From the NCBI GenBank assembly GCA_045535385.1, contig JAZSLN010000096.1, positions 1-47,835 of the forward strand: a stretch of 47,835 nucleotides of DNA. Direction: 5' to 3'. This stretch comes from Eubacteriales bacterium. Lineage in GTDB: Bacteria; Bacillota; Clostridia; Oscillospirales; CAG-382. The position numbers and the translations under genes are program-made. The notes beneath the pieces are model-generated. The model had not been told where the DNA came from. It did no database searches and saw nothing but the letters and a program-made list of their open reading frames with translations. Below, one piece after another: positions 8,820 through 18,284 of this stretch. How positions within the stretch are numbered: position 1 is the first letter of the stretch; each line of letters starts with the position of its first letter.

Positions 8820-9110
8820 ATGATTGACAGAGTTAAAGACCAAAACACCGACAAGCTTGCCGCCGCTATTGCCAGCGTTCGTAATGTTGACGAGGCTTAC
8901 CGCTTTTTGAGCGATATCTGTACGATCAGCGAGATCACCGAAATGAGCAAGCGCCTCACCGCGGCACGTATGCTCCGCGACGGTAACACCTATAACGAGA
9001 TAGCCGAAAAGACTCATCTTTCGACGGCAACCATTACCCGAGTCAACCGCGCTCTCCGCTACGGAAGCGACGGATATTCGATGGTGCTTGACAGAATTTC
9101 GGAAGAATGA
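8820..9110 (+). CDS. yerC: TrpR-like YerC/YecD family protein
   Basis: aaggagag RBS before the ATG at 8820. EAYRFLSDICTISEITEMSKRLTAARML..G.TY.EIAEKT.LSTATITRVNRALRYGSDGY matches the YerC/YecD pattern. Confidence 0.8.
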   Translation: MIDRVKDQNTDKLAAAIASVRNVDEAYRFLSDICTISEITEMSKRLTAARMLRDGNTYNEIAEKTHLSTATITRVNRALRYGSDGYSMVLDRISEE

Positions 9111-9829
9111 GCATATATTCTATTGCCGAGCTTTATGACCACATAAACGGCAACGCATATATTCCTTACGCCGATTATTTGGAATCAGCCTTCAAAAAAG
9201 CCGACATAAAGGTTAACGAAGTCCTCGACCTCGGTTGCGGTACGGGCGGTATCGCCGCCATACTTGCCGACAGAGGATACGATATGGTCGCGCTTGACAT
9301 CTCACCCGAGATGTTAAATATCGCGCGCGAAAAAAATTACGGTAAAAACACGCTTCTTTTATGTCAGGATATGCGCGATTTCGAGCTTTACGGCACGGTT
9401 CAGGCCATATATTCTTCCTTCGACTGTATTAATTATCTTACCGAGCAGGGCGATCTGTCCAAGGTTTTCGCGCTCGTACATAACTATCTCGAATCGGGCG
9501 GGCTGTTTATATTCGACATAAACACCGAATACCGCTACAAAAACGTCTACGACGGAATGAGCTACGTTTACGAGGTCGGGGAGGATATGGCGGTCTGGCG
9601 CAACGCCTACGACGAAACCGAGAAGCTTTGCGAATTTACCGTAGATTTGTTCTCGGAGGAAGAGGGAGCCTATTACCGCTCGACCGAGATCCAAACCCAG
9701 AAATATCATTCAAGCGAGTCTGTCCTCGCCGCGGCAAACGGCTTTACGCTTATCGAAAAAAGCGGCGGAAAAGGGTTTGACGGCTGTAACGAGAATGAAA
9801 AAGACTATTATATTTTCAAAAAACTTTAG
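9107..9829 (+). CDS. Class I SAM-dependent methyltransferase
   Basis: Motif I VLDLGCGTGGIA. There is a 4-nt start/stop overlap with yerC. Confidence 0.8.
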   Translation: MSIYSIAELYDHINGNAYIPYADYLESAFKKADIKVNEVLDLGCGTGGIAAILADRGYDMVALDISPEMLNIAREKNYGKNTLLLCQDMRDFELYGTVQAIYSSFDCINYLTEQGDLSKVFALVHNYLESGGLFIFDINTEYRYKNVYDGMSYVYEVGEDMAVWRNAYDETEKLCEFTVDLFSEEEGAYYRSTEIQTQKYHSSESVLAAANGFTLIEKSGGKGFDGCNENEKDYYIFKKL

Positions 9830-9858
9830 TATTTTCGCGATATGCGGAGGTAAAAACA

Positions 9859-10713
9859 ATGAAGATTTCTGATATTCTCGCTTCGAAGGAGATCACCGTT
9901 TCCTGCGAGATATTTCCGCCGAAAATCGGAACCGAGCTTGAGCAGAGCCGAAAAATCGTCGCCGAGATGGCGGCATTAAAGCCCGATTTTATAAGCGTAA
10001 CCTACGGCGCGGCAGGTACCACCGCCTCCTTTACGACCGAGCTTGCAGAGGCGGTCGAAAACAACGGTGTTGCCGCACTTGCCCACGTTACCTGCGTTTC
10101 GTCGGATGAAAGCTCGCTTTCCGATTATCTTAAAACCTTAAAATCCAACGGAATCGAAAATATTTTAGCCCTCCGCGGAGATATGCCGCAGGGCCGCGAG
10201 CCGAAAACGGTTTATGCCCACGCGAGCGATATCGCACGCGCCATAAAGGATATGGGTGATTTTTGTATCGGCGGCGCCTGCTATCCCGAGGGACACCCCG
10301 AATCGCCTTCGGTTATGGCGGACATAGAAAACCTCAAGATCAAAGCGGAAAGCGGATGCGAATTTTTCACGACACAGATGTTTTTCGATAACGAGGTTAT
10401 GTACTCCTTCCTTTCAAAATTCCAGCGCAAGGGCATAAATATCCCCGTTATTGCAGGTATTATGCCTATCACAAACGCGCGTCAGCTCGGACGCAGTGTG
10501 TCTCTTTCGGGCACGAGCGTGCCGAGAAGTCTTCGTGAGATGGTCGAACGCTTCGGTGATAACCCCGAGGCTATGCGTCAGGCGGGTATCGCCTTCGCAA
10601 CGAACCAAATTATCGATCTGATCGCCAACGGTGTTAACAATATCCATATTTATGCGATGAATAAGCCCGATATTGCCGCGGCTATTCTGAGCAATATTTC
10701 TTCTATACGTTAG
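9859..10713 (+). CDS. metF: Methylenetetrahydrofolate reductase
   Basis: SCEIFPPK..., ISVTYGAAG and LRGD motifs at the typical ~285 aa length, directly upstream of metH. Confidence 0.85.
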   Translation: MKISDILASKEITVSCEIFPPKIGTELEQSRKIVAEMAALKPDFISVTYGAAGTTASFTTELAEAVENNGVAALAHVTCVSSDESSLSDYLKTLKSNGIENILALRGDMPQGREPKTVYAHASDIARAIKDMGDFCIGGACYPEGHPESPSVMADIENLKIKAESGCEFFTTQMFFDNEVMYSFLSKFQRKGINIPVIAGIMPITNARQLGRSVSLSGTSVPRSLREMVERFGDNPEAMRQAGIAFATNQIIDLIANGVNNIHIYAMNKPDIAAAILSNISSIR

Positions 10714-10722
10714 GATAAATAT

Positions 10723-13095
10723 ATGACTGACTTTAAGAACATTCAGGACGTCCTCAACGCCGAGCCTCATCCCGCCGTTTTCGACGGTGCGATGGGCACC
10801 ATGCTTCAATCGCTCGGCTTAAAGCCCGGCGCGCTGACCGAAACGATGAACACCGAAAACCCCGAGGCTGTTCTTTCGGTGCATAAAGCCTACATCGACG
10901 CGGGTGCGGACGTTATTACAAGCAACAGCTTCAGCACGAACAAAATAAAGCTCGCTCCCTACGGAATGGATGCCGAAGAGGAGATGTACCGCGCGGTTAC
11001 CCTCGCAAAAAAAGCGGCGGAAAGCTCCGACCGCAGGATATTTGTTGCCGCCGATATCGGCCCGACCGGAAAATTAATGCCGCCTTTAGGTGATTTTTCG
11101 CTCGAAGAAGCCGTCGAGGCATTCAAGCCGTCGGTTATCGGCGCAGAGCGTGCAGGCGCGGATATTATCTTCTTCGAAACGTTTTCGGATCTCTACGAGG
11201 CAAAGGCGGCTATACTTGCCGCGCGCGAAAACTCGAGTCTTCCGGTTGCCGTTTCGCTGACCTTCGACGAAAGCGGACGCACCTTGACCGGTGCCGACGC
11301 GAAAACCGTTGCGATTTATCTTTCGTCCTTAAAGGTCGATGCTGTCGGAATCAACTGCGGTCTCGGCCCCGATGCGATGGAGCCGATTGCGGCGGACATT
11401 GTCCGTTACAGCGGTCTTCCGGTCATCGTAAACGCGAACGCGGGTCTTCCGAAAATCGACGAAAACGGAAAAACCTACTTTGACGTACCTCCCGAAAGGT
11501 TCTACACCTTCGCTAAAACGCTTGCCGAAAGCGGTGTTACCTGCGCGGGCGGTTGTTGCGGAACCGGCCCCGAATATATCCGACGGGTTTCGGATGCTAT
11601 GGCGGAATCCGAAACATGCTGGATAGTACGTCCCGATGTCGGACGTTTCACGGTATGCTCGGGCAACCGTTCTTATACGTTCGGCGAAAAAACCGCTGTT
11701 ATCGGCGAAAGATTGAACCCGACCGGAAAGAAAAAGCTCAAGGAAGCGCTCAAAAACGATGATATGGATTATCTCTGCGCCGAAGCGGTAGCGCAACAGA
11801 CCGCGGGCGCGGATATTCTCGACGTTAACGTAGGTATTCCCGAAATCGACGAGGTCGAGATGCTTCCGAAGGTCGTTTTGGCTTTACAAAAGGTTACCGA
11901 TCTGCCCTTACAGCTCGATTCCGCCAACCCGAAGGCGCTTGCTGCGGCAGCGAGGGTTTATAACGGTATTCCGATAATTAATTCCGTTAACGGCAAGGAA
12001 GAAAATCTCAACTCGATACTTCCCATTGTTAAAAAATACGGCGCGGCTTGTGTCGCACTCCTTCTCGACGAGGACGGTATCCCCGATTCCTCCGAGGACA
12101 GATATAAGATCGCCGAAAAGATATTGGCTAAGGCGAAAGAGCTGGACGTAAAGCCGAGCTTCCTTTTCGATGCGCTTACGATGACTGTCGCAACCGACGA
12201 AAAGAGCGGCGAAAAAACGCTCGACTGTGTCGAAAAATTGAGCGACAACGGCTATTTTACAACGCTCGGCGTTTCGAATATTTCCTTCGGTATGCCGAAC
12301 CGCGAAGCGATAAACGCCTCTTTCCTGGGCGCGGCGGTTTCGCGCGGATTAAGCGCCGCCATTATGAACCCCGCGAGCGAAAATATGAAGCTCGTGCTCG
12401 AAAGCGGATTCTTCGAACGCGAATTTACGTTCGATAAGGACGCTGTCGACAGCGCAAAAGCAGTTGACGAAAAGAAGGAAATGTCGCTTTATGATGCTGT
12501 ATTCCTCGGCCTTTCCGCTAAAGCGAGCGAAGCGGCGGCAAAGCTTTTGGAAACGAAAAAGCCGCTCGAAATAATAGAATCCGACCTCGTTCCCGCGCTT
12601 AACGCGCTCGGCGACGGTTACGAAAACAAGACTCTCTTCCTTCCCCGTCTTCTGGGCGGTGCGGAGGCGGCAAAGGCGGCTTTCAAGGCGGTTAATTCCG
12701 CTCTCGCGACGAACGAACGCGAGAAGGGCATGAAAATCGTTATCGCCACCGTTCAGGGTGATATCCACGATATCGGAAAAAATATCGTCGCTACCCTGCT
12801 TTCCAACTACGGCTTCGACGTTATTGACCTCGGAAAAGACGTTCCTCCCGAAAAGGTGCTCGCGGCCGTTATTGAGACGGGCGCTCCCCTCGTCGGGCTG
12901 AGCGCGTTGATGACAACGACCGTTCCCGCTATGGTGAAAACCGTTGAGTTATTACGCGAAAAGACCCCCGACACGAAGATAATGGTCGGCGGCGCGGTCC
13001 TTACCGCGGATTATGCCGAGTCGATGGGCGCTGATTTTTACGGCGCGGACGCGATGGCTTCGGTACGGTTTGCGCTCGGAATGGACGGACGTTAA
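10723..13095 (+). CDS. metH: Cobalamin-dependent methionine synthase, short clostridial form (Hcy-binding, pterin-binding and B12-binding domains; no AdoMet reactivation domain)
   Basis: N-terminal Hcy S-methyltransferase domain with GGCCGT, a central pterin-binding region, and a C-terminal B12 motif GDIHDIGKNIV. At 790 aa there is no room for the C-terminal activation domain. Confidence 0.85.
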   Translation: MTDFKNIQDVLNAEPHPAVFDGAMGTMLQSLGLKPGALTETMNTENPEAVLSVHKAYIDAGADVITSNSFSTNKIKLAPYGMDAEEEMYRAVTLAKKAAESSDRRIFVAADIGPTGKLMPPLGDFSLEEAVEAFKPSVIGAERAGADIIFFETFSDLYEAKAAILAARENSSLPVAVSLTFDESGRTLTGADAKTVAIYLSSLKVDAVGINCGLGPDAMEPIAADIVRYSGLPVIVNANAGLPKIDENGKTYFDVPPERFYTFAKTLAESGVTCAGGCCGTGPEYIRRVSDAMAESETCWIVRPDVGRFTVCSGNRSYTFGEKTAVIGERLNPTGKKKLKEALKNDDMDYLCAEAVAQQTAGADILDVNVGIPEIDEVEMLPKVVLALQKVTDLPLQLDSANPKALAAAARVYNGIPIINSVNGKEENLNSILPIVKKYGAACVALLLDEDGIPDSSEDRYKIAEKILAKAKELDVKPSFLFDALTMTVATDEKSGEKTLDCVEKLSDNGYFTTLGVSNISFGMPNREAINASFLGAAVSRGLSAAIMNPASENMKLVLESGFFEREFTFDKDAVDSAKAVDEKKEMSLYDAVFLGLSAKASEAAAKLLETKKPLEIIESDLVPALNALGDGYENKTLFLPRLLGGAEAAKAAFKAVNSALATNEREKGMKIVIATVQGDIHDIGKNIVATLLSNYGFDVIDLGKDVPPEKVLAAVIETGAPLVGLSALMTTTVPAMVKTVELLREKTPDTKIMVGGAVLTADYAESMGADFYGADAMASVRFALGMDGR

Positions 13096-13159
13096 CACAA
13101 GCTCATGTAAATCACATACCCGAAATACATTATATATTTAGTTTCAAAGGAGACTTGTT

Positions 13160-13834
13160 ATGCAATTTGAAATCAAGGGCGGTAGCTTCCCCGTCGTTAT
13201 TTGCCAGCTTGAAGACGGCGAAAAAATGATCACCGAAAAAGGCTCTATGTCCTGGATGTCCCCCAACCTGAAAATGGAAACCGTTGGCGGAGGCGTCGGA
13301 AAAATGTTCTCCAAGGCGTTCTCCGGCGAAAGTATGTTCCAAAACGTTTACACCGCTCAGGGCAAAGGAATGATCGCCTTCGCTTCGAGCTTCCCCGGAA
13401 TGATCATTCCCGTGGATATTACCCCCGACGCTCCTCTTGTTGTTCAAAAAAGCGCTTTTCTCGCTTCCGAGCCCTCGGTTGAGCTTTCTATTCATCTCAA
13501 CAAAAAGCTCGGCGTAGGCTTCTTCGGCGGTCAGGGCTTTATTATGCAGAAGTTGACCGGAAACGGCAAGGCTTTCCTCGAAATCGACGGTGATTTGATG
13601 CAATACGATCTCGCACCCGGGCAGAAAATTATCGTTGACACCGGTAACGTTGCCGCTTTCGATGCAAGCGTGAGCATAGATATCCAAAAGGTTCCCGGCG
13701 TTAAAAACGTTTTATTCGGCGGCGAAGGTCTGTTCAACACCGTTTTGACCGGCCCCGGTAAGGTTTGGCTGCAGACCATGCCTATCGTTAACGTCGCCGG
13801 CGCCATCAGACCCTATATCCCCACAGGTAATTAA
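13160..13834 (+). CDS. AIM24/TIGR00266 (DUF124) family protein
   Basis: MQFEIKGGSFPVVICQLEDGEKMITEKGSMSWM... and ..FGGEGLF...GPGKVWLQTMP are typical of this family. Confidence 0.75.
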   Translation: MQFEIKGGSFPVVICQLEDGEKMITEKGSMSWMSPNLKMETVGGGVGKMFSKAFSGESMFQNVYTAQGKGMIAFASSFPGMIIPVDITPDAPLVVQKSAFLASEPSVELSIHLNKKLGVGFFGGQGFIMQKLTGNGKAFLEIDGDLMQYDLAPGQKIIVDTGNVAAFDASVSIDIQKVPGVKNVLFGGEGLFNTVLTGPGKVWLQTMPIVNVAGAIRPYIPTGN

Positions 13835-13840
13835 TAAATC

Positions 13841-13877
13841 AAAGGAGCAACCTTTTAAGAGGTTGCTCCCTTTTTTT
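13841..13877. terminator. Bidirectional intrinsic terminator
   Basis: ggagcaacc-ttttaaga-ggttgctcc flanked by A- and T-runs, between convergent genes. Confidence 0.75.
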
Positions 13878-13946
13878 ATGCTATAGTACGGGACGCCGCG
13901 GTGAAAAGCAAAAACACACGGCAGATCATCGCGATAATTATTTTGT

Positions 13947-15863
13947 TTATTCCAATTCGAACGCACCGGTATAGAGCCTATAATATTGACCCTTTTCGCT
14001 CAAGAGCTTTTCGTGGTTGCCGCGTTCGATAATACGTCCTGCATCGAGAACCATAATAACGTCGGAATTTCGAACGGTCGAAAGCCTATGGGCAATAACG
14101 AAAACCGTTCTTCCGTGCATAAGTCCATCCATACCCTTTTGGACGATAGCCTCGGTTCTCGTGTCGATGCTCGAGGTCGCCTCGTCGAGAATCATAACGG
14201 GCGGGTCGGCAACGGCGGCACGCGCGATCGCGAGAAGCTGGCGCTGTCCTTGGGAGAGTCCGCTTCCGTCGCCCTCAAGAAGGGTGTCATATCCTTCGGG
14301 AAGAAGCGAAATAAACGAGTCGGCATTCGCCAATTTTGCGGCGGCGATACATTCCTCGTCTGTCGCATCCAAACGTCCGTAACGGATATTTTCCATAACG
14401 GTACCGGTAAACAGATTAGTGTCCTGAAGAACGATACCGAGCGAACGGCGCAGGTCGGCTTTTTTGATCTTATTGATATTTATGCCGTCATAACGGATCT
14501 TGCCGTCGGCAATATCGTAAAAACGGTTGATAAGGTTCGTGATCGTCGTTTTTCCTGCACCCGTCGCACCGACGAAAGCAACCTTTTGGCCGGGTTCGGC
14601 ATACAAGGTTACGTCGTGGAGAACTATCTTTTCGGGGACGTAACCGAAATCGACTTCGACCATTCTTACGTCGCCCTTAAGCTCGGTATAGGTAAGGGTT
14701 CCGTCGCCGTGGGGATGCTTCCAAGCCCAGAGACCGGTTCGCTCTTCGGTTTCGGTAAGGTTGCCGTTCTCATCATATTTTGCGTTGACGAGGGTAACGT
14801 AGCCGTCGTCGGTTTCAGGCTCTTCATCCATAAGCTCAAATATTCGTTTCGCGCCCGCGAGAGCCATAACTATCGCGTTTATCTGTTGCGAAACCTGATT
14901 TATGGGGTTAGTGAAGCTCTTGGAAAGCTGTAAAAACGCGATAATACCGCCTGCGGTGAGCGTATCGGTGAACACAACGAGCGCACCGCCGAGCATCGCG
15001 ATAAGGATATACTGAAGGTGGCCTAAGTTATTCATCGTCGGGCCGAGAATATTCGCAAAAATATTCGCCTTCGACGCGTTCGAGCATAATTCTTCGTTCA
15101 GCTCGTTAAATTCGTTTTTGGTTTTTTCTTCGCGGCAGAAAACCTGAACGACCTTCTGGCCGTTTATCATTTCTTCGATAAATCCGTTTACCTTACCGAC
15201 GGATTTTTGCTGTTCGAGGAAGTATTTTCCGCTTCGTCCGCCGATCTTTTTAACAACGATCATCATCAAGATGGCGGTTATAACAACAAACAAGGTGAGC
15301 CACGCGTTGGTAAACAGCATGGCAAAGAAGACCGCCGTAACCGTACAAAGCGACGAGAAAACGTTCGGAATACTTTGAGAAATCATCATTCGGAGCGTGT
15401 CTATATCGTTCGTATAACGGCTCATCGTATCGCCGAAGGAATGGGTATCGAAATATTTTATGGGTAGCTTCTGCATTTTTGCAAACATAGTGTCGCGGAT
15501 ATTTTTCAGCACCGATTGCGAAACCTTAACCATCGTTCGGTTATACGCGAAGGTGCTGAGCGCGCCGAGCACGTAAACGATACCGACAACGATGATTTCC
15601 TTCAACAGACCCGAAAGGTCGGGGTTTGTTTCGAGCATAAGCGGTTTTATATAATCGTCGACGAGAGTTTGCAAAAACTTCGAGCCGTAAACTCCCGCAA
15701 GAGAGCTCACGATTATACATCCTACGACGAAAAGGAGATACCATTTATAGGCAAAAAGGTATCTGAGCACACGTTTTACGGTTTTCATATCCGCCTTTTG
15801 ACCGGGGACACGCACGCCCTTCATCGGGCGAACAGGGGGTTGGGGTCTGTTTTGTCCGCTCAT
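13947..15863 (-). CDS. ABC exporter, fused permease/ATPase subunit (heterodimer partner B)
   Basis: Six-TM domain, Walker A GATGAGKTT, signature LSQGQRQ and Walker B ILDEATS. Confidence 0.9.
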   Translation of the reverse strand: MSGQNRPQPPVRPMKGVRVPGQKADMKTVKRVLRYLFAYKWYLLFVVGCIIVSSLAGVYGSKFLQTLVDDYIKPLMLETNPDLSGLLKEIIVVGIVYVLGALSTFAYNRTMVKVSQSVLKNIRDTMFAKMQKLPIKYFDTHSFGDTMSRYTNDIDTLRMMISQSIPNVFSSLCTVTAVFFAMLFTNAWLTLFVVITAILMMIVVKKIGGRSGKYFLEQQKSVGKVNGFIEEMINGQKVVQVFCREEKTKNEFNELNEELCSNASKANIFANILGPTMNNLGHLQYILIAMLGGALVVFTDTLTAGGIIAFLQLSKSFTNPINQVSQQINAIVMALAGAKRIFELMDEEPETDDGYVTLVNAKYDENGNLTETEERTGLWAWKHPHGDGTLTYTELKGDVRMVEVDFGYVPEKIVLHDVTLYAEPGQKVAFVGATGAGKTTITNLINRFYDIADGKIRYDGININKIKKADLRRSLGIVLQDTNLFTGTVMENIRYGRLDATDEECIAAAKLANADSFISLLPEGYDTLLEGDGSGLSQGQRQLLAIARAAVADPPVMILDEATSSIDTRTEAIVQKGMDGLMHGRTVFVIAHRLSTVRNSDVIMVLDAGRIIERGNHEKLLSEKGQYYRLYTGAFELE

Positions 15864-17605
15864 TCCTTATCCTCTCCTTTCATCTGGGATTCATAAACCT
15901 CGCGGTAAATAGTATTGCTTTCAAGTAATTCGCTGTGTGTACCGATTCCGTTGATTTCGCCGTTATCGATAACGATGATTCGGTCGCATTCCTGAACCGA
16001 CGATATTCTCTGAGCAATGATGAGCTTCGTTGTGCCGGGAATCTGTTCCTTCATAGCGGCGCGAAGAAGCGCGTCGGTTTTGGTGTCGACCGCCGAGGTG
16101 GAGTCGTCCATAATAAGTATTTTCGGTTTTTTGAGAAGGGCGCGTGCTATACAAAGTCTTTGCTTCTGACCGCCCGAAACGTTGCTTCCTCCCTGCACGA
16201 TAAAGGTATCGTAGCCGTCGGGGAAGGTTCTTATAAATTCATCGGCGCAGGCGGCAACACAAGCTTCTTTCATTTCCTCGTCGGTCGCGTTTTCGTTGCC
16301 CCAACGGAGATTATCCTTTATTGTGCCCGAGAAAAGAACGTTTTTCTGGAGAACCATCGAAACCGAATCGCGCAACGCGTGGATATCATAATCACGCACA
16401 TCCTTGCCACCGACGCAAACGCTTCCGTCGACGACATCGTAAAGTCGGGGAATAAGCTGAACAAGAGAGGATTTCGAGCTTCCCGTACCGCCGATGATTC
16501 CGACCGTTTCGCCCGATTCGATACGCAAATTAATATTTTTAAGCACGTTTTTGCCCTCGTGATATGCAAAGCATGCGTTCTTGAATTCGATGCTTCCGTC
16601 GGATACCTCGAAAATAGGAGCTTCGGGATTGCGAATAGTGCTTTCTTCGTCCAAAACCTCGCAAATACGTTCGGCGGAGGCTCTCGACATAACGAGCATA
16701 ACGAAGATCATCGAGAGCATCATAAGGCTCATAAGTATTTGAGACGTATAAGTAAGAAGCGCGGTCAAATCACCGGGAGTCATATCGCTGCCGCCCGAGA
16801 AGATTATAAGACGTGCGCCGAGCCAGCAGATAAGAAGTATCGTACAGTAAACGGTTATCTGCATCAAGGGCATATTAAACGCGATTATCTTTTCGGCACG
16901 CATGGAATCGCTTGCTATTTCGTCGGAAATGCCGTTAAATTTCTTGATTTCCTCATCCTCGCGCACGAAAGCCTTTACGACACGGATTCCTCGAAGGTTT
17001 TCCTGAACGATGCGGTTCAATTTATCGTATTTTTTGAACATACGTCTAAAAATCGGATGGGCTTTAGACATAATAAGCGCAAGTCCGATTATAAGAACCG
17101 GCACGGAACCGAGAAACACGAGCGCAAGGCGCGAATTCATACGGAACGCCATTACGAGCGAGAAGATCATCATCGCGGGGCTTCTTACCGCAGTGCGGAT
17201 AAACATATGAAACGCTTCCTGGATTCGCATTACGTCGGTCGTAAGGCGGGTAACAAGGCTCGACGAAGAGAATTTGTCGATATTCTTAAACGAAAAATGC
17301 TGGATACGCTCGAACATTTTCTTTCGCAGATTTTTCGCAAAGCCCGTGGAGGCGATCGCGGCATATCTTCCCGCCAGAGCGCCGAACATCAGCGATATCA
17401 AACAGCAAACCGCGATAGCTCCGCCCATTTTCAGGATATATTCGATATCGCCGTTGCCGTTATTTCCGTCAATGCCTACGTCGATAAGGCTCGCCATAAG
17501 CATCGGGATAATAACCTCCATCAAAACCTCGCCCATAATAAGCAAGGGCGACAAAACGGCAGGCTTTATGTATCCTTTCACGTTTTTCAATAATTTCTTT
17601 ATCAT
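15860..17605 (-). CDS. ABC exporter, fused permease/ATPase subunit (heterodimer partner A)
   Basis: Walker A GGTGSSKSS, signature VSGGQKQ and Walker B IMDDSTS. There are 4-nt overlaps with both neighbours. Confidence 0.9.
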   Translation of the reverse strand: MIKKLLKNVKGYIKPAVLSPLLIMGEVLMEVIIPMLMASLIDVGIDGNNGNGDIEYILKMGGAIAVCCLISLMFGALAGRYAAIASTGFAKNLRKKMFERIQHFSFKNIDKFSSSSLVTRLTTDVMRIQEAFHMFIRTAVRSPAMMIFSLVMAFRMNSRLALVFLGSVPVLIIGLALIMSKAHPIFRRMFKKYDKLNRIVQENLRGIRVVKAFVREDEEIKKFNGISDEIASDSMRAEKIIAFNMPLMQITVYCTILLICWLGARLIIFSGGSDMTPGDLTALLTYTSQILMSLMMLSMIFVMLVMSRASAERICEVLDEESTIRNPEAPIFEVSDGSIEFKNACFAYHEGKNVLKNINLRIESGETVGIIGGTGSSKSSLVQLIPRLYDVVDGSVCVGGKDVRDYDIHALRDSVSMVLQKNVLFSGTIKDNLRWGNENATDEEMKEACVAACADEFIRTFPDGYDTFIVQGGSNVSGGQKQRLCIARALLKKPKILIMDDSTSAVDTKTDALLRAAMKEQIPGTTKLIIAQRISSVQECDRIIVIDNGEINGIGTHSELLESNTIYREVYESQMKGEDKE

Positions 17606-18078
17606 ACCTTTTCCTCCGTTGCTGCTCCGAAACTATCCTCGAACCTTCTGACGTTTGCTTCGATTTTATCCATAACCGTAAAAAACATATTCATTTCCTC
17701 GTCGCTTATTCCCTCTCGAATCGATTCCTCGAAGGATGCGATATCCCGCTCGTGCCGTTCGTGGATCTCGAGAGCAAGCGGAGTTAATCGTATCTTCTTC
17801 AGGCGCGCATCGTTATCGTCGCGTACCCTCTCGACGAGACCGTTTTTCTCCATAAGCTTCAAAATCTCCGTCATCGTCGGCCGACGCACCGAGAATTGCT
17901 TTTCTATATCACGCTGATAAACGTTTCTTTCACGGTTATCATACAAATATCCTATGACCCAGCCGTGCGTTCCGGTGCATCTAAGGCTTTCGTTTTTCAC
18001 CTTGCTTGCATCAACGGCGCGCTTTATCCCGACCGAAAGAGTGCGTACACGGAACCCTATTGTTTCCTCGCGCTTCAT
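17602..18078 (-). CDS. MarR-family transcriptional regulator, first gene of the ABC exporter operon
   Basis: Winged-helix region (..QRDIEKQFSVRRPTMTEILKLMEKNGLVERV..DARLKKIRLT). The gene is translationally coupled to the downstream ABC gene. Confidence 0.85.
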   Translation of the reverse strand: MKREETIGFRVRTLSVGIKRAVDASKVKNESLRCTGTHGWVIGYLYDNRERNVYQRDIEKQFSVRRPTMTEILKLMEKNGLVERVRDDNDARLKKIRLTPLALEIHERHERDIASFEESIREGISDEEMNMFFTVMDKIEANVRRFEDSFGAATEEKV

Positions 18079-18224
18079 AAATCATTAGCCTCCTAACAAT
18101 TAGTACCCTAACATTTTATCACTATTGATTCCGTTGTCAACAGAAAAGGCATTAAAGATTGTAAACATTTTTTGAAAACTCAAAAAACGGTCTGTTTTCC
18201 TTATGTTTCCAAGGGGCGGAAGGA

Positions 18225-18253
18225 TTGAAAAATGTCATAATTTGTGGTATTAT
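18225..18253 (+). promoter_or_regulatory. SigA-type promoter (TTGAAA-17 nt-TATTAT)
   Basis: -35 at 18225-18230 and -10 at 18248-18253, about 30 nt upstream of the 18285 start. Confidence 0.5.
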
Positions 18254-18284
18254 GTAAAAAATATCTGTTTTCGGAGGGGATTTA

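Noticed and set aside
18092-18112. Direct repeat cctaaca-N7-cctaaca between the marR start codon and its putative promoter, as a MarR operator.
   Set aside because: It is plausible, but it rests on a 7-nt repeat only. No clear inverted repeat of the kind MarR dimers usually bind was seen, so it is not reported as a feature.
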